DNA of 64,000 nt, taken from assembly GCA_038245905.1 (NCBI GenBank), contig JBBRRY010000003.1, positions 64,001-128,000 of the forward strand, read 5' to 3'. Each line of letters opens with the position of its first letter. Position 1 is the first letter of the stretch. Positions 33,040-43,500 of this stretch are shown in pieces. The notes under the pieces are model-generated. The model was given only the letters and a program-made list of their open reading frames with translations, was not told the DNA's origin and searched no databases. The position numbers and the translations under genes were made by a program. The DNA comes from Thermoanaerobaculia bacterium. Lineage in GTDB: Bacteria; Acidobacteriota; Thermoanaerobaculia; UBA5066.

Positions 33040-34155
33040 CTACGCGCTCCCTTCGGCGTCGGGGGAATCCTTTCCCCCGGCCTGGCGCGCGAGGAACGCG
33101 AGGATCGCTTCCTCGGCCCAGTACACGGGCGTGAGCCCCCGGGCCCCGACGAAGCCCGCGTGCCCGCCCTTCTCCGTCACGACGAAACGCACCGCGGACG
33201 ACGCGGCGTCCCGCGCGCGAAGAGTCGCTTCCGGCGGCAGGAACGGATCGTCGAGCGCCGAGATGCAGAGAGTCGGGACCGTGATGCGCGAAAGGAAGGG
33301 GAGGGAGCTCGAGCGCGCGTAGTAGTCGTCCGCGTTCGCGAAGCCGTGGAGCGGCGCCGTCGCGGCGTCGTCAAGCTCGCGAAACGTCCAGGCGCGTCGC
33401 GCACGCGGGAGATCGACCCGGGCGACCGCGTCGGGAAAGCGGCGCGCGAGATCGGCCATCTTCCTCGCGAGCGTCTTCACGAAGGCCCGGACGTAAAGCC
33501 GCGTCGGGAACGAAGCCATGTAGCGGTCGCCGGCGGCGAGATCGTATGGGACGGACAGGGTCGCGGCGGCCGCGACGATCGGGTCGTTCGGGTGCTCCCC
33601 GAGCCACTTCAGGAGCGCGTTTCCTCCGAGGGAAACACCCGCCGCGATCAGGGGCCGGCCGTCGCGGGCCGCGAGAGTGCGCGCCACGAAATCGAGGTCG
33701 GTGGTCTCGCCCGAGTGGTAGAGGCGCGGGCGTGCGTTCGGGAGAGGGACGCGAGGGTCCGCGGCGTCCCGCGCGCAGTACCGGAAGTTGAGGACGCTCG
33801 CGCTCCATCCGGCCCGCGCCGCGAGGGCGAGGAGGCCCTGGGCGTAGACCGAGTTCGAGCTGCCTTCGAGGCCGTGGAGGACGAGGAGGTGTGGAGCGGT
33901 CCGCGCGGCCGCGGGGCCCTCCCGATCGAGGTGGTCGACGTAGAGCGTGTCGCCATCGGGAGCCGTCAGCGCCTCGCGGCGCATCTTCACCATCCCCCTC
34001 GAGCGCGCGAGTCGGCCCCAGGTCGTCTGCGCGTGACGGCCTCTCAACCACCACGCGGGCGTGAAGTCCGCCAGTTTCTCGTCCGTGTGCGTTCGCGTTT
34101 CGTCCCTCGGCGCGGCGCCTTCGTCCCCTCGCTTCACCCTCGGGGCCGCGGACAT
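33040..34155 (-). CDS. YheT-family alpha/beta hydrolase
   Basis: HAQT, HGLEGSS, YHSGET.D, GVSLGGN, DDPF, GGHAGF; exact start uncertain. Confidence 0.85.
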   Translation of the reverse strand: MSAAPRVKRGDEGAAPRDETRTHTDEKLADFTPAWWLRGRHAQTTWGRLARSRGMVKMRREALTAPDGDTLYVDHLDREGPAAARTAPHLLVLHGLEGSSNSVYAQGLLALAARAGWSASVLNFRYCARDAADPRVPLPNARPRLYHSGETTDLDFVARTLAARDGRPLIAAGVSLGGNALLKWLGEHPNDPIVAAAATLSVPYDLAAGDRYMASFPTRLYVRAFVKTLARKMADLARRFPDAVARVDLPRARRAWTFRELDDAATAPLHGFANADDYYARSSSLPFLSRITVPTLCISALDDPFLPPEATLRARDAASSAVRFVVTEKGGHAGFVGARGLTPVYWAEEAILAFLARQAGGKDSPDAEGSA

Positions 34156-34177
34156 TCTATTGTCCGGGGAGGACGTG

Positions 34178-34549
34178 ATGAGAGAGATCGATTTCGACCG
34201 GCGGCGTTTTCGGACCGTACGGAATTCGGACGCGGGCGAGACGTCTTCCGAGACCGTCTTCCACTACCGGCAGAAAGGCAGTGTCGTCTGGGCGACGTAC
34301 ATCGGGGGAAACGTGGCCTTCGGGACGCTCCTCGCGCGGGTGGACGGGAGGGGCCGGCTCGACATGGTGTACCAGCACCTGAACAAGAACGGCGATTTCA
34401 GGGCCGGGTCCTGCCACGCGCGGACCGAGGTTCTCCCGGACGGCAGGTACCGCCTCCACGAAACATGGGAGCGGACGTCCGGAGCCACCGGGAAGGGCCG
34501 ATCCATTTCCGAGGAGGTTCCGCGCCGCAGGACGCCGGCCCGTCCCTAA
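34178..34549 (+). CDS. small conserved beta-rich protein of unknown function
   Basis: GGAGG SD; ETVFHYRQ..VWATY.GG.V..G.L, YRLHETW; no GNAT or kinase motif. Confidence 0.65.
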   Translation: MREIDFDRRRFRTVRNSDAGETSSETVFHYRQKGSVVWATYIGGNVAFGTLLARVDGRGRLDMVYQHLNKNGDFRAGSCHARTEVLPDGRYRLHETWERTSGATGKGRSISEEVPRRRTPARP

Positions 34550-34695
34550 GAAATGTGCTTTCGGCGACGGCGCGGGCCCCGTCGTCCCGAACCCGTCGCG
34601 GAATTCGCCGCGCCTCCCCACCTTTGCCTCGCTCGGACAACCTCATTCCGGCGGCGAGCCGGAGACACGGGGTGTCTGCAAAGGAGGAGATCGAC

Positions 34696-37659
34696 ATGCG
34701 CCGGCCTTCACTCAGAATCGTTCTCGTCCTGCTCCTTCTCGGAAGTGCCGGGGCGGCTCTCGCCCAGGGACTCACGAGCGCGACCCTGAGAGGACGCGTC
34801 TCGAACGAGGGGCAGGGCCTTCCCGGAGTCACCGTGACGATCGCGTCGAAGAGCCTGCAGGGCTCGCGCACGTCTGTGACGACTTCGAACGGGGATTACG
34901 CGTTCGCGGGCGTCCCGCCCGGAGAGTATTCCGTGACCTTCGCGATCCAGGCGTTCAAGACCGTCACGCAAACTGTGGCGCTCTCGGCCGCCCAGGAAAC
35001 GCGCGTCGACACGGTCCTCAGCCTGACAGGCGTCGAAGCCGCGGCGACTGTCGTCGGAAGATCCGAACTCGTCTCGACGTCGTCCCCCCAGGCCTCGCAG
35101 ACGTTCACGAAAGAGCTCACCGACACGCTCCCGGTCGCGCGGACGCTCCTGTCGTCCGTGGCCCTCTCGGCCGGCGTGAACACGAACGGCCCCGGCTCGA
35201 GCGACCGGATCGGCAACGGCACCTCGCCCACCGTCACGATCTCGGGCGGCCAGTCGTTCGACAACCTGTTCACGGTGGACGGCGCGGTCATCACGGACAA
35301 CCTCCGCGGCACGCCGAACAACCTCTTCATCGAGGACGCGATCGCCGAGACGACGACGTCGACCTCGACGGTCTCGGCGGAGTTCGGGCGCTTCACGGGA
35401 GGCGTGGTGAACACCGTCACGAAGTCCGGCGGCAACACGTTCAGCGGCTCGTTCCGCACGACGTTCACGAACGCCGCGTGGTCCGCGACGACCCCCAAGA
35501 ACGAAGTCACGCCCCAGAAGCTCGACCCGCAGTACGAGGCGACTCTCGGCGGTCCGATCTGGAAGGACCACGTTTGGTTCTTCGGCTCCGGCCGCTACTT
35601 CGACCAGACGACCTCGGGCCAGACGACGTTCACGAACCTATCGTACCCGGTCGGCGACACCGAGAAGCGCTATCAGGGCAAGCTCACCCTCACGCCGGTG
35701 CCGAACCACTCTGTGACGGGGAACTACCTCCACGTCGACGAGGAGCAGACGAACTCGTCGTTCTGCCCGACCGGCTGCCTCGACCTCGACAGTCTCGTCG
35801 CGGCCCGCCAGCTTCCTCAGGACATCCTGACCCTCAACTACAACGGCGTCCTCTCGAACTCGTTCTTCATCGAGGGCCTCTATTCCCGCCGCAAGTTCAC
35901 GTTCGAGAACGGGGGATCCCCGTACACGGACCTCATCAAGGGGACGCTCCTGCGCGACCAGTCGCGGAGCAACGCCCGTTACAACTCCCCGACGTTCGGC
36001 AGCGACCCGGAGTCGCGCGACAACCGGGACTACCTCGTCAAGGGGACCTGGTTCCTCTCGACCGACAAGATCGGTTCCCACAACGTGGTGCTCGGGTACG
36101 ACAACTTCAGCGGCTCGCGAAAGGCCCAGAACCACCAGTCGGGAAGCGACTACCGCATCTTCGGGACGTCCGCGATCATCGCGAACGGCGACATTTATCC
36201 GGTTTTCGACGAGAGCACCTTCTTTTACTATCAGCCAATCACGAACCTGAGCCAGGGGTCGGACGCGCTCACGCACTCCGTGTTCCTGAACGATTCGTGG
36301 CGCCTCAGCGACCGACTCTCGTTCAACCTCGGCGTGCGCTGGGACAAGAACCACGCCAAGGACAGCATCGGCGTCGTCCGTGCGGACGACAGCGCCTTCA
36401 GCCCTCGCCTCGCGGCAACTTTCGACGTCACAGGCAAAGGCGCGCTCCGGGTCGGCGCGAGCTACGCCAAGTACGTCGGCGCGATTCAGGACAACCTCGT
36501 GGACTCCGCCTCGGACGGGGGCCAGGCCTCCACGTTCGTGTGGTACTACTCCGGGCCCGGCGCCACGCCCATCAACGTGAACCCCGCTTCGGGCGCGCCC
36601 CTCGTGACCCGCGCCCAGGCCCTCCAGCAGTTCTTCGGCTGGTTCTCCGCGCAGGGCTGCCCGAACCTCGCAACCTGCAAGGTTCCGCTCGCGGGCGCGA
36701 ACATCCCGGGCCTCACGACCCTGATCAACCAGTCGCTCGACTCCCCGTCCAACCTCGAGTACGTCGCGACGGTCTCCGGCAACGTCGGGTCGTCCTTCGC
36801 CTACCGGATGGACTTCGTGCGCCGTGAGGGCCGCGACTTCTACAACAACGTGATCGACGGAACGACGGGCTCGGGCTCGGACGCGTTCGGGAACACGTTC
36901 GACATCGGCACCATTAACAACTCGAACACCGTGAAGCGCAACTACACCGGGCTCCACACGAGCCTGTCGTACCGCCAGGGCGGGTTCAACGGGGGCGTCA
37001 ACTGGACGTGGTCGCACACGCTCGGGAACCTCAACGGCGAGACGACCGCGAGCGGACCCGTGCCGAACACGAGCGACACGTACCCGGAGTACGTGAACCC
37101 GGCCTGGAACAACCCGTACGGGTCCCTCGGGACGGACGAGCGCCACCGGGTCAAACTCTTTGCGTCCTACAACCTTCCTTTCATCCCCGCGCGCGACGGC
37201 TCGCTCAATATCAGCGGCGTTCAGTCGCTCGATACGGGAGTTCCGTACGGCGCGGTGGGCACGGTGGACTCGGGCCGTTACGTGACGGGCGCGCCGGCGT
37301 ACATCACACCGCCGACCTCGGTGGCCTACTACTTCACCGCCCGCGACGCCTTCCGGACGGACACGATCTACCGGACCGACCTGGCCCTCAACTTCGCGAC
37401 GAAGATCGCCAACACGGTCGAGATCTTCGTGCAGCCCCAGGTTCTAAACGTCTTCAACGGTCAGGGATTGAGGGGCGTGAGCACCTCAGTCCGGACCGCG
37501 GTCAACGCGTCGAAGCTCTACACCCGCTTCAACCCCTTCACGACGCAGCCCGTTCAGGGCGTCAACTGGGACTACGCCTCGACCTTCGGCAATGCCCGCA
37601 ACAACCTCGACTACCAGCTCCCACGGACGTTCACGATCGCGGCAGGCGTCCGCTTCTGA
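34696..37659 (+). CDS. TonB-dependent receptor (Oar-type, N-terminal carboxypeptidase-regulatory-like domain)
   Basis: AAGGAGG SD; signal peptide; LPGVTVT, SAEFGRFTGGVVNTVTKSGGN, WFFGS, terminal GVRF. Confidence 0.92.
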   Translation: MRRPSLRIVLVLLLLGSAGAALAQGLTSATLRGRVSNEGQGLPGVTVTIASKSLQGSRTSVTTSNGDYAFAGVPPGEYSVTFAIQAFKTVTQTVALSAAQETRVDTVLSLTGVEAAATVVGRSELVSTSSPQASQTFTKELTDTLPVARTLLSSVALSAGVNTNGPGSSDRIGNGTSPTVTISGGQSFDNLFTVDGAVITDNLRGTPNNLFIEDAIAETTTSTSTVSAEFGRFTGGVVNTVTKSGGNTFSGSFRTTFTNAAWSATTPKNEVTPQKLDPQYEATLGGPIWKDHVWFFGSGRYFDQTTSGQTTFTNLSYPVGDTEKRYQGKLTLTPVPNHSVTGNYLHVDEEQTNSSFCPTGCLDLDSLVAARQLPQDILTLNYNGVLSNSFFIEGLYSRRKFTFENGGSPYTDLIKGTLLRDQSRSNARYNSPTFGSDPESRDNRDYLVKGTWFLSTDKIGSHNVVLGYDNFSGSRKAQNHQSGSDYRIFGTSAIIANGDIYPVFDESTFFYYQPITNLSQGSDALTHSVFLNDSWRLSDRLSFNLGVRWDKNHAKDSIGVVRADDSAFSPRLAATFDVTGKGALRVGASYAKYVGAIQDNLVDSASDGGQASTFVWYYSGPGATPINVNPASGAPLVTRAQALQQFFGWFSAQGCPNLATCKVPLAGANIPGLTTLINQSLDSPSNLEYVATVSGNVGSSFAYRMDFVRREGRDFYNNVIDGTTGSGSDAFGNTFDIGTINNSNTVKRNYTGLHTSLSYRQGGFNGGVNWTWSHTLGNLNGETTASGPVPNTSDTYPEYVNPAWNNPYGSLGTDERHRVKLFASYNLPFIPARDGSLNISGVQSLDTGVPYGAVGTVDSGRYVTGAPAYITPPTSVAYYFTARDAFRTDTIYRTDLALNFATKIANTVEIFVQPQVLNVFNGQGLRGVSTSVRTAVNASKLYTRFNPFTTQPVQGVNWDYASTFGNARNNLDYQLPRTFTIAAGVRF

Positions 37660-37687
37660 GGATCTGAACGTCGAATTCCCCTCTTTT

Positions 37688-37718
37688 AAGGGCTCCGGCA
37701 TCGCGCCGGAGCCCTTTT
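37688..37718 (+). terminator. rho-independent terminator
   Basis: AAGGGCTCCGGC-ATCGC-GCCGGAGCCCTT followed by TT. Confidence 0.8.
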
Positions 37719-37869
37719 CGGGGTCGTCGCCTTGCCCCGCGGCAACCCCGGCCCTCGCCGCGCCGTATCCCACCCCGTGGAGAGCGGTTTCGTCCCCGTT
37801 TACAAGGCACCCGTCCCGGAGATGCCTCGTCCCGGTGCTCCGCCGGAGAAGATCGGTGGAGACTCGTTC

Positions 37870-38967
37870 ATGAGTTCCTTCTGGAAGAGAACCTCGGTGA
37901 ATGTCGCGGCGTGGACCGTGGCCGGGTTCTTCTTCGCGAGCCAGCTCTACTTCCTCTACCCGATCGCGTCCGGTCGCGAGATGTCCTTCGCGCGGGCCCT
38001 CCTCATCAACCTGCCCTTCTACTACCTCTGGGCGCTCGTGACGCCCGCCATCCTCTCCCTCGCGCGGCGCTTCCCCATCGAGAGGGCGCACTGGAGAAAG
38101 CCGCTCGTCATTCACCTCGTCGCGAGCACGGCTCTTTCCGCGCTCCAGCTCTTCCTGGCCGGGGCATTTCTCCACCGGCTGACCGCCGTGACCGCGAGCC
38201 GCGCGGAGACCTTCTGGATGTCGCTCGCGCAGTTCTTCCGGCTGAACTTCCATGCGAACGTCCTCACGTACTGGGCTCTCGTGGGCCTCGCGTGGGGAGC
38301 GGACACGTACGCGAAGTACCGGGACCGCGAGCTCGCCGCTTCCCAGCTCGAGACCCAGCTCGCGCAGGCGGAGCTGGGAGCGCTGAAGATGCAGCTCCAG
38401 CCGCACTTCCTCTTCAACACGTTGAATGCGATCGCCGCGCTCCTGAAGTCGAAGCCGGATGCCGCCGAATGCATGATCCTGCAGCTCTCCGAGTTCCTGC
38501 GGCTGACATTGAGAAATACGGGGCGGCCGGACGTCTCGCTGCGCGAGGAGCTGGAGTTTCTGGAGCGCTACCTCGCCATCGAGAAGACGCGCTTTCAGGA
38601 CCGGTTGTCGACGCGCTTCCACATTCGTTCCGAAGTGCTCGACGTGCGCGTCCCGAACCTGCTCCTGCAGCCTCTCGTCGAGAACGCCATCCGCCACGGT
38701 ATCGCGCGGGAGAGCCGGGCGGGCCGGCTCGAGGTGAGCGCAAGCCACGAGCGCGGCCGTCTGCTTCTGCGCGTGACGGACGACGGGCCGGGCGCGCCGC
38801 CCGGGCCCGTCACCGAGGGCATTGGTCTCACGAACACGCGCGAACGCCTGCGACATCTCTTCGGCGACGCGTACACCCTTGAGTACGGAAACGCACCGGG
38901 CGGAGGTTTCCGCGTTTCGCTGACGCTCCCGCTCGTGTCCCCCGAAAGCGCGCCGTCGTCCCCGTAG
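37870..38967 (+). CDS. LytS/YehU-type sensor histidine kinase
   Basis: 4 TMs; LKMQLQPHFLFNTLN, LQPLVENAIRHG, DDGPG, GIGLTN. Confidence 0.92.
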   Translation: MSSFWKRTSVNVAAWTVAGFFFASQLYFLYPIASGREMSFARALLINLPFYYLWALVTPAILSLARRFPIERAHWRKPLVIHLVASTALSALQLFLAGAFLHRLTAVTASRAETFWMSLAQFFRLNFHANVLTYWALVGLAWGADTYAKYRDRELAASQLETQLAQAELGALKMQLQPHFLFNTLNAIAALLKSKPDAAECMILQLSEFLRLTLRNTGRPDVSLREELEFLERYLAIEKTRFQDRLSTRFHIRSEVLDVRVPNLLLQPLVENAIRHGIARESRAGRLEVSASHERGRLLLRVTDDGPGAPPGPVTEGIGLTNTRERLRHLFGDAYTLEYGNAPGGGFRVSLTLPLVSPESAPSSP

Positions 38968-39027
38968 CACGGGAAGCCATCACGAAGTTCGAGACGCGCG
39001 GCGCCGCACGGACGAGATTGCGTCTCG

Positions 39028-39552
39028 ATGGCATCGGCCGCGCTCGCCTCGTTCTTTCGCCCCTCACCGGAGCTCGTTCTCGCGCTCACACTTCTCGAGG
39101 GCTCGCTCCGGGCCCCCGCGTACCGCCTCTGGGAGGCGGCGCGCTTCGGCCAGGAGGTCAGCGAGCGCGCGGCCTGGGTCCTGAAGGACGACGCGGGCCG
39201 CCTGCGCTGGCTGGCCTGGCCCGCCGAGTACCGGTACCGCCGCGCACAGTGGGAGGGTCCCGTCCCCGCGGACGCGGTCGCGATTGCCCACACCCACCCG
39301 ACGGCGGGCGATCCGAGGCCCTCGGAGCAGGACGTCGCAACCGCCCGCCGTCTCGGCGTGCCCGTCTACACGGTTTCCAGGAGCGGGATCTGGAAGGCCG
39401 TGCCGGACGGATCCGTCGTTTCGGTCGACGACGCGCAGTGGTGGAGCGCCTGCCGGGCGGGCGTCTGCGAGGAAACGCGTCATCCAGAATCCAGGAGCGC
39501 CGCGAGACCCACTGAATTGCGAAACCTCCGATCGGAATCCGCGTATCCCTGA
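39028..39552 (+). CDS. JAB/MPN+ (JAMM) domain putative metalloprotease
   Basis: ERAAWV ... IAHTHPTAGDPRPSEQD (E...HxH-x8-S-xx-D). Confidence 0.7.
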   Translation: MASAALASFFRPSPELVLALTLLEGSLRAPAYRLWEAARFGQEVSERAAWVLKDDAGRLRWLAWPAEYRYRRAQWEGPVPADAVAIAHTHPTAGDPRPSEQDVATARRLGVPVYTVSRSGIWKAVPDGSVVSVDDAQWWSACRAGVCEETRHPESRSAARPTELRNLRSESAYP

Positions 39553-39555
39553 GAA

Positions 39556-40338
39556 ATGAAGGGAATAATTCGCACGCTCATCGTCGACGACGAGCCCCTC
39601 TCGCGTGAGCGGCTCCGGGGACTCCTGGCGGACGAGCCGGAGGTCGAGGTCGTGGGGGAGTGCGGGGACGGCTGCCAGGCCGTCCTCGCGATCGAGGAAC
39701 TCAGGCCCGACCTTGTCTTTCTGGACGTCCAGGTGCCGAACCTCGACGGCTTCCACATCCTCGAGAGCGTCGGTCCGGACCGGATCCCGGCCGTCGTCTT
39801 CGTCACGGCCTACGACCAGTACGCCCTGCGTGCCTTCGACGTCCGCGCCGTCGACTACGTGCTCAAGCCGTTCGGCCGCGAGCGCCTGCAGAAGGCTCTC
39901 GAGCACGCGCGGGCCCAGATCATGCGAGAGAAGTCGAGCGATCTCTCGGGTCAGATCGTGGCCCTTCTCGAGGAGATGCGCCCGCCGCAGCATCGCTACC
40001 TGAGGCGGATCATGATCAAGGAAAGCGGGCGCCTGTTCTTCCTGAGGACGCCGGACGTCGACTGGGTCGAGGCGTCGGGGAACTACGTCCGCCTTCACGT
40101 GGGGGCCGAGTCGCACCTCCTCCGGGAGACGATGAACGGCCTCGAAGGCCGCCTCGATCCGGAGCGTTTCCTTCGGATCCATCGCTCGACGATCGTGAAC
40201 ATCGAGCGCATCAAGGAACTGCAGCCGTGGTTCCACGGGGACTACATCGTGATCCTCCGCGACGATCGGCAGCTCACGATGAGCGCGACCTATCGCGAGA
40301 AGCTCGACGAGCTGCGCGGGCGTACGCTGGCGTCCTGA
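39556..40338 (+). CDS. LytTR-family response regulator
   Basis: VDDE, FLDVQ, FVTAYDQYAL, DYVLKP, FLRIHRSTIVN. Confidence 0.95.
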   Translation: MKGIIRTLIVDDEPLSRERLRGLLADEPEVEVVGECGDGCQAVLAIEELRPDLVFLDVQVPNLDGFHILESVGPDRIPAVVFVTAYDQYALRAFDVRAVDYVLKPFGRERLQKALEHARAQIMREKSSDLSGQIVALLEEMRPPQHRYLRRIMIKESGRLFFLRTPDVDWVEASGNYVRLHVGAESHLLRETMNGLEGRLDPERFLRIHRSTIVNIERIKELQPWFHGDYIVILRDDRQLTMSATYREKLDELRGRTLAS

Positions 40339-40380
40339 CCCTCGCGCCGAGGGATCGCCGTCCGGAATACCGTATCCAAT

Positions 40381-40434
40381 CGCCGTCCGTCCGCCCGGCG
40401 GCGCCCTCCGTCCCCGGCGAAGCAGTGTCCGTCA
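40381..40434 (+). promoter_or_regulatory. three direct repeats with exact 21-bp period (candidate LytTR operator)
   Basis: TCCGTC at 40386, 40407, 40428; the first two copies share CGCC(G/C)TCCGTCC. Confidence 0.55.
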
Positions 40435-40532
40435 CAACTTAGTTGTTCGCGCGGAACGCCGACCGCACCGTGAACCACACGATCCAGACCATCGACAGGT
40501 CCGGAATTTCCCTTTTTTTGAGGAGGACGGTG

Positions 40533-43500
40533 ATGCGCTCTTTTCGATGTCTGCTTTTCGTTCTGTTCGCCGTCGTGTCTCGCTGCTGGGGCGGCGAGGC
40601 CCTCGCGCAGACCACGGGTGACCTCGACGGCACCGTCGTGGACCAGTCCGGAGCGCCGTTGCCCGGCGTCTCCGTCGAGCTCCGGTCACCTCAGCTGCAG
40701 GGCTCGAGGACGGCGGTGACCGACGCCGCGGGCCGGTTCCGGTTCCCCGTGCTCGGCCCGGGCGTCTACTCCTTGTCGGCGCAGCTTTCGGGCTTCTCCA
40801 GGGTCGAGCGATCGAACCAGCGGGTCGCGCTGGGGGCGACGACGACGGTTCCGATCACGATGGGCATCTCGCTCAAGGAAGAGATCGTCGTGACGTCCGA
40901 GGCTCCCGTTGTCGACACGTCGAAGACGACGATCGGGACGAGCGCGACCCTCGAGAGCATCCAGCGCCTTCCGCTCGGACGGAACTTCGCCTCGATCGCG
41001 AGCACGGTCGCCGGGACCGGCACGGACGTGTCCGGGAACGTTACCGTGTACGGCGCGACGGGCCTCGAAAACGCCTACATCATCGACGGCGTCAACACGA
41101 CGGGCGTCAAGACGGGCGGGCAGGCCAAGCAGCTCAACAACGAATTCGTGCAGGAGGTCGAGGTCAAGACGGGCGGCTACGAAGCCGAGTTCGGACGCGT
41201 CCTCGGCGGCACGATCAACGTCGTGACGAAATCGGGCGGCAACGAATTCAAGGGCGACGCGTTCGGTTACTACGATTCCGGTTCGCTGGCCTCCAGCGAC
41301 GCGCGCACCGCGGAGCGGGTCGCTTCGAACCAGGGCGAGTACTTCTCGCCCAAGCGCGTCGACTTCGGAGTGGATCTCGGCGGCTACTTCGTGAAGGACC
41401 GCCTCTGGTTCTTCGGCGCGTTCGACCGTGTCACCCAGGACCAGGACTACACGCGCACCCTCGCGGTCCTGCGCGACGCGAACCAAACGCAGGTCTTGAC
41501 GAGCAATATGGACACGTACCGCAACAGTCTCTACTCGGGGAAGCTCACGTTCCGCCTCGGGGAGTCGAACACGATCGCGGCGTCCCTCTTCGGCGATCCG
41601 GGCACGTTCAGCGGCCGGTACAACCTGTCGCAGATCTCCGTGATGGTCGGGGCCGACGCCGCGTGGCTCGTCGACCGGAACCTGGGCGGGACAGACCTCT
41701 CGACGCGCTGGGACGGGCTCTTCGGCACGCAGTTCCTCGGGCAGGCCCAGCTCGGTTTCCACACCGAGAAGCAGCAGGACACGAGCCCGTTCTCGAACCT
41801 GCCGTACCTCGAAAAGCAGCAGGCCGGCTTCACGACCGAGGCGCTCCAGGGAACGGGCCCGATCTACCTCGTGGACGAGAAGTACCAGCGCTATCACTAC
41901 CGCCTGGGCGGCTCGCTGTTCACGGGCGCGCACGAGGTCAAGGCGGGCCTCGACTGGGAGCACCTGAGCTCCGATTTCTCGGAGTCCTACGGCGGCACGG
42001 ACCGCATCCGCACGCGGCTGACGGCGGGCGGGGCCCTCCGCAACTATCAGCACCGCTACTACGCCCAGACGCCGCTTTCGGGCGCGAACTGCCTGGGCAA
42101 GATCGACCCGACGATGCCGGCGGCGTTCCCGAACTGCACGGGCTACACGATCGCTCCAACCGTCGACAACAGGCCGATTACGGACAACGTCGGCCTGTTC
42201 GCGCAGGACACGTTCAAGGCCGCGAAGAACCTCACGATCAACGCTGGGATCCGCTACGAGCAGCAGCGCCTTCAGGACTACACGGGGAAGACCCTCGTGT
42301 CGATCGACGGCGAATGGTCGCCGCGCCTCGGAATCGTCTGGGACTTCCTCGGGAACGGGAAGTCGAAGGCGTACGCGAACGTCGGCCGCTTCTACGAAGT
42401 GATCCCGCAGGACATCCAGACCCGTGCGCTCGGAAACGAGTACATCATCTTCGCCCGCAACAACAGCGCGACGCCCGATCCCGTCGATCTCTTCTTCGGC
42501 GCCCCCATCGTCCAGGGCGGCGAGCTCACCCAGAGCGACCTCAAGGGCATGTACCAGGATGAAGCGATCCTGGGCTTCGAGGTCGAGGTCGCGAAGAACT
42601 GGGCGATCGGCGTCAAGGGCATCTACCGGTCTCTCGGCCGCGTCGTCGAGGACCGCTGCGACCTCGCGATCAACCCGGACATCGCGTCCTACTTCAACCC
42701 CTCGAGCCCGGCAACCTGCGCGCTCATCAACCCGGGCCAGGGAAACTCCCTCGGCACGATCAAGGACCCCTTCGACACGACCTGCTACCCGAACGGCGAG
42801 ACGGACGCGGCGGGCAACCTCGTCGCGGGGTCGCCCTGCGATTCGACGCAGCCGCGCCGTTACTTCCGCGGCCTGGAGCTCACCGCGTCCCACCGCTTCT
42901 CCGACCGCTTCTACCTTCTCGCCTCCTACCTCTACTCGAAGCTGGAAGGGAATTACTCGGGCAACCTCTCGCAGACGCGGGAAGGCGGCCAGTCGGATCC
43001 CAACATCAACGCCGACTTCGACTACCCGGGGCTCGTCACGAACGCCTTCGGCCGGCTCCGCAACGACCGGACTCACCAGTTCAAGCTCTCGGGTTACTAC
43101 GCGTTCCCGTTCGGCCTGACGGTGGGCGCGAACGGCTTCTACAACACGGGCCGCCCGTACTCGATCCGGGGCTGCGCCTCCGACTCGATCGCATGCGACG
43201 CAGGCTACAGCCAGGAGGGCTACCTCGTGCCGCGCGGCTCGGCGGGCGACCTTCCCGCCGCGTACGAGGCGGACCTGCACCTCGAGTGGGGCCTCCGCTT
43301 CGGCAACGTCTCGATCACGCCCATCCTCGACGTCTTCAACGCGCTCAACCGGCAGGGCGTCCTGAGCCGGGAAGAGCTCTTCAACAACACGGCAGCGCTG
43401 CCCGGAAACGATCCCAGGAGCGGCATCGGCCAGCCCGGCTGCACGGCGCAGAACGCGAGCCTGAGCAACGCCGCGTGCGCCTCGAATCCCACCTACGGAA

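Noticed and set aside
33028-33045. TPP riboswitch upstream of the CytX-like permease
   Set aside because: Only 12 nt of intergenic space and no TPP consensus
32572-34695. 1695-aa ORF suggesting a huge N-terminal extension of the TonB receptor
   Set aside because: The extension is the antisense shadow of the permease and hydrolase genes; a strong SD and signal peptide fix the start at 34696
37725-37760. TGCCCCGCGGCAAC resembling part of a cobalamin riboswitch
   Set aside because: Other conserved B12-element segments are absent, and it lies downstream of the receptor
39028-39552. JAB gene as part of CBASS or another anti-phage system
   Set aside because: No cyclase, E1/E2 or effector genes nearby; the context is two-component signalling
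37870-40338. Kinase, JAB and regulator lie in one reading frame separated only by TAG (38965) and TGA (39550): possible readthrough fusion
   Set aside because: Frame coincidence has about a 1-in-9 chance; each protein ends and begins at normal domain boundaries, and no SECIS-like or readthrough signal was seen
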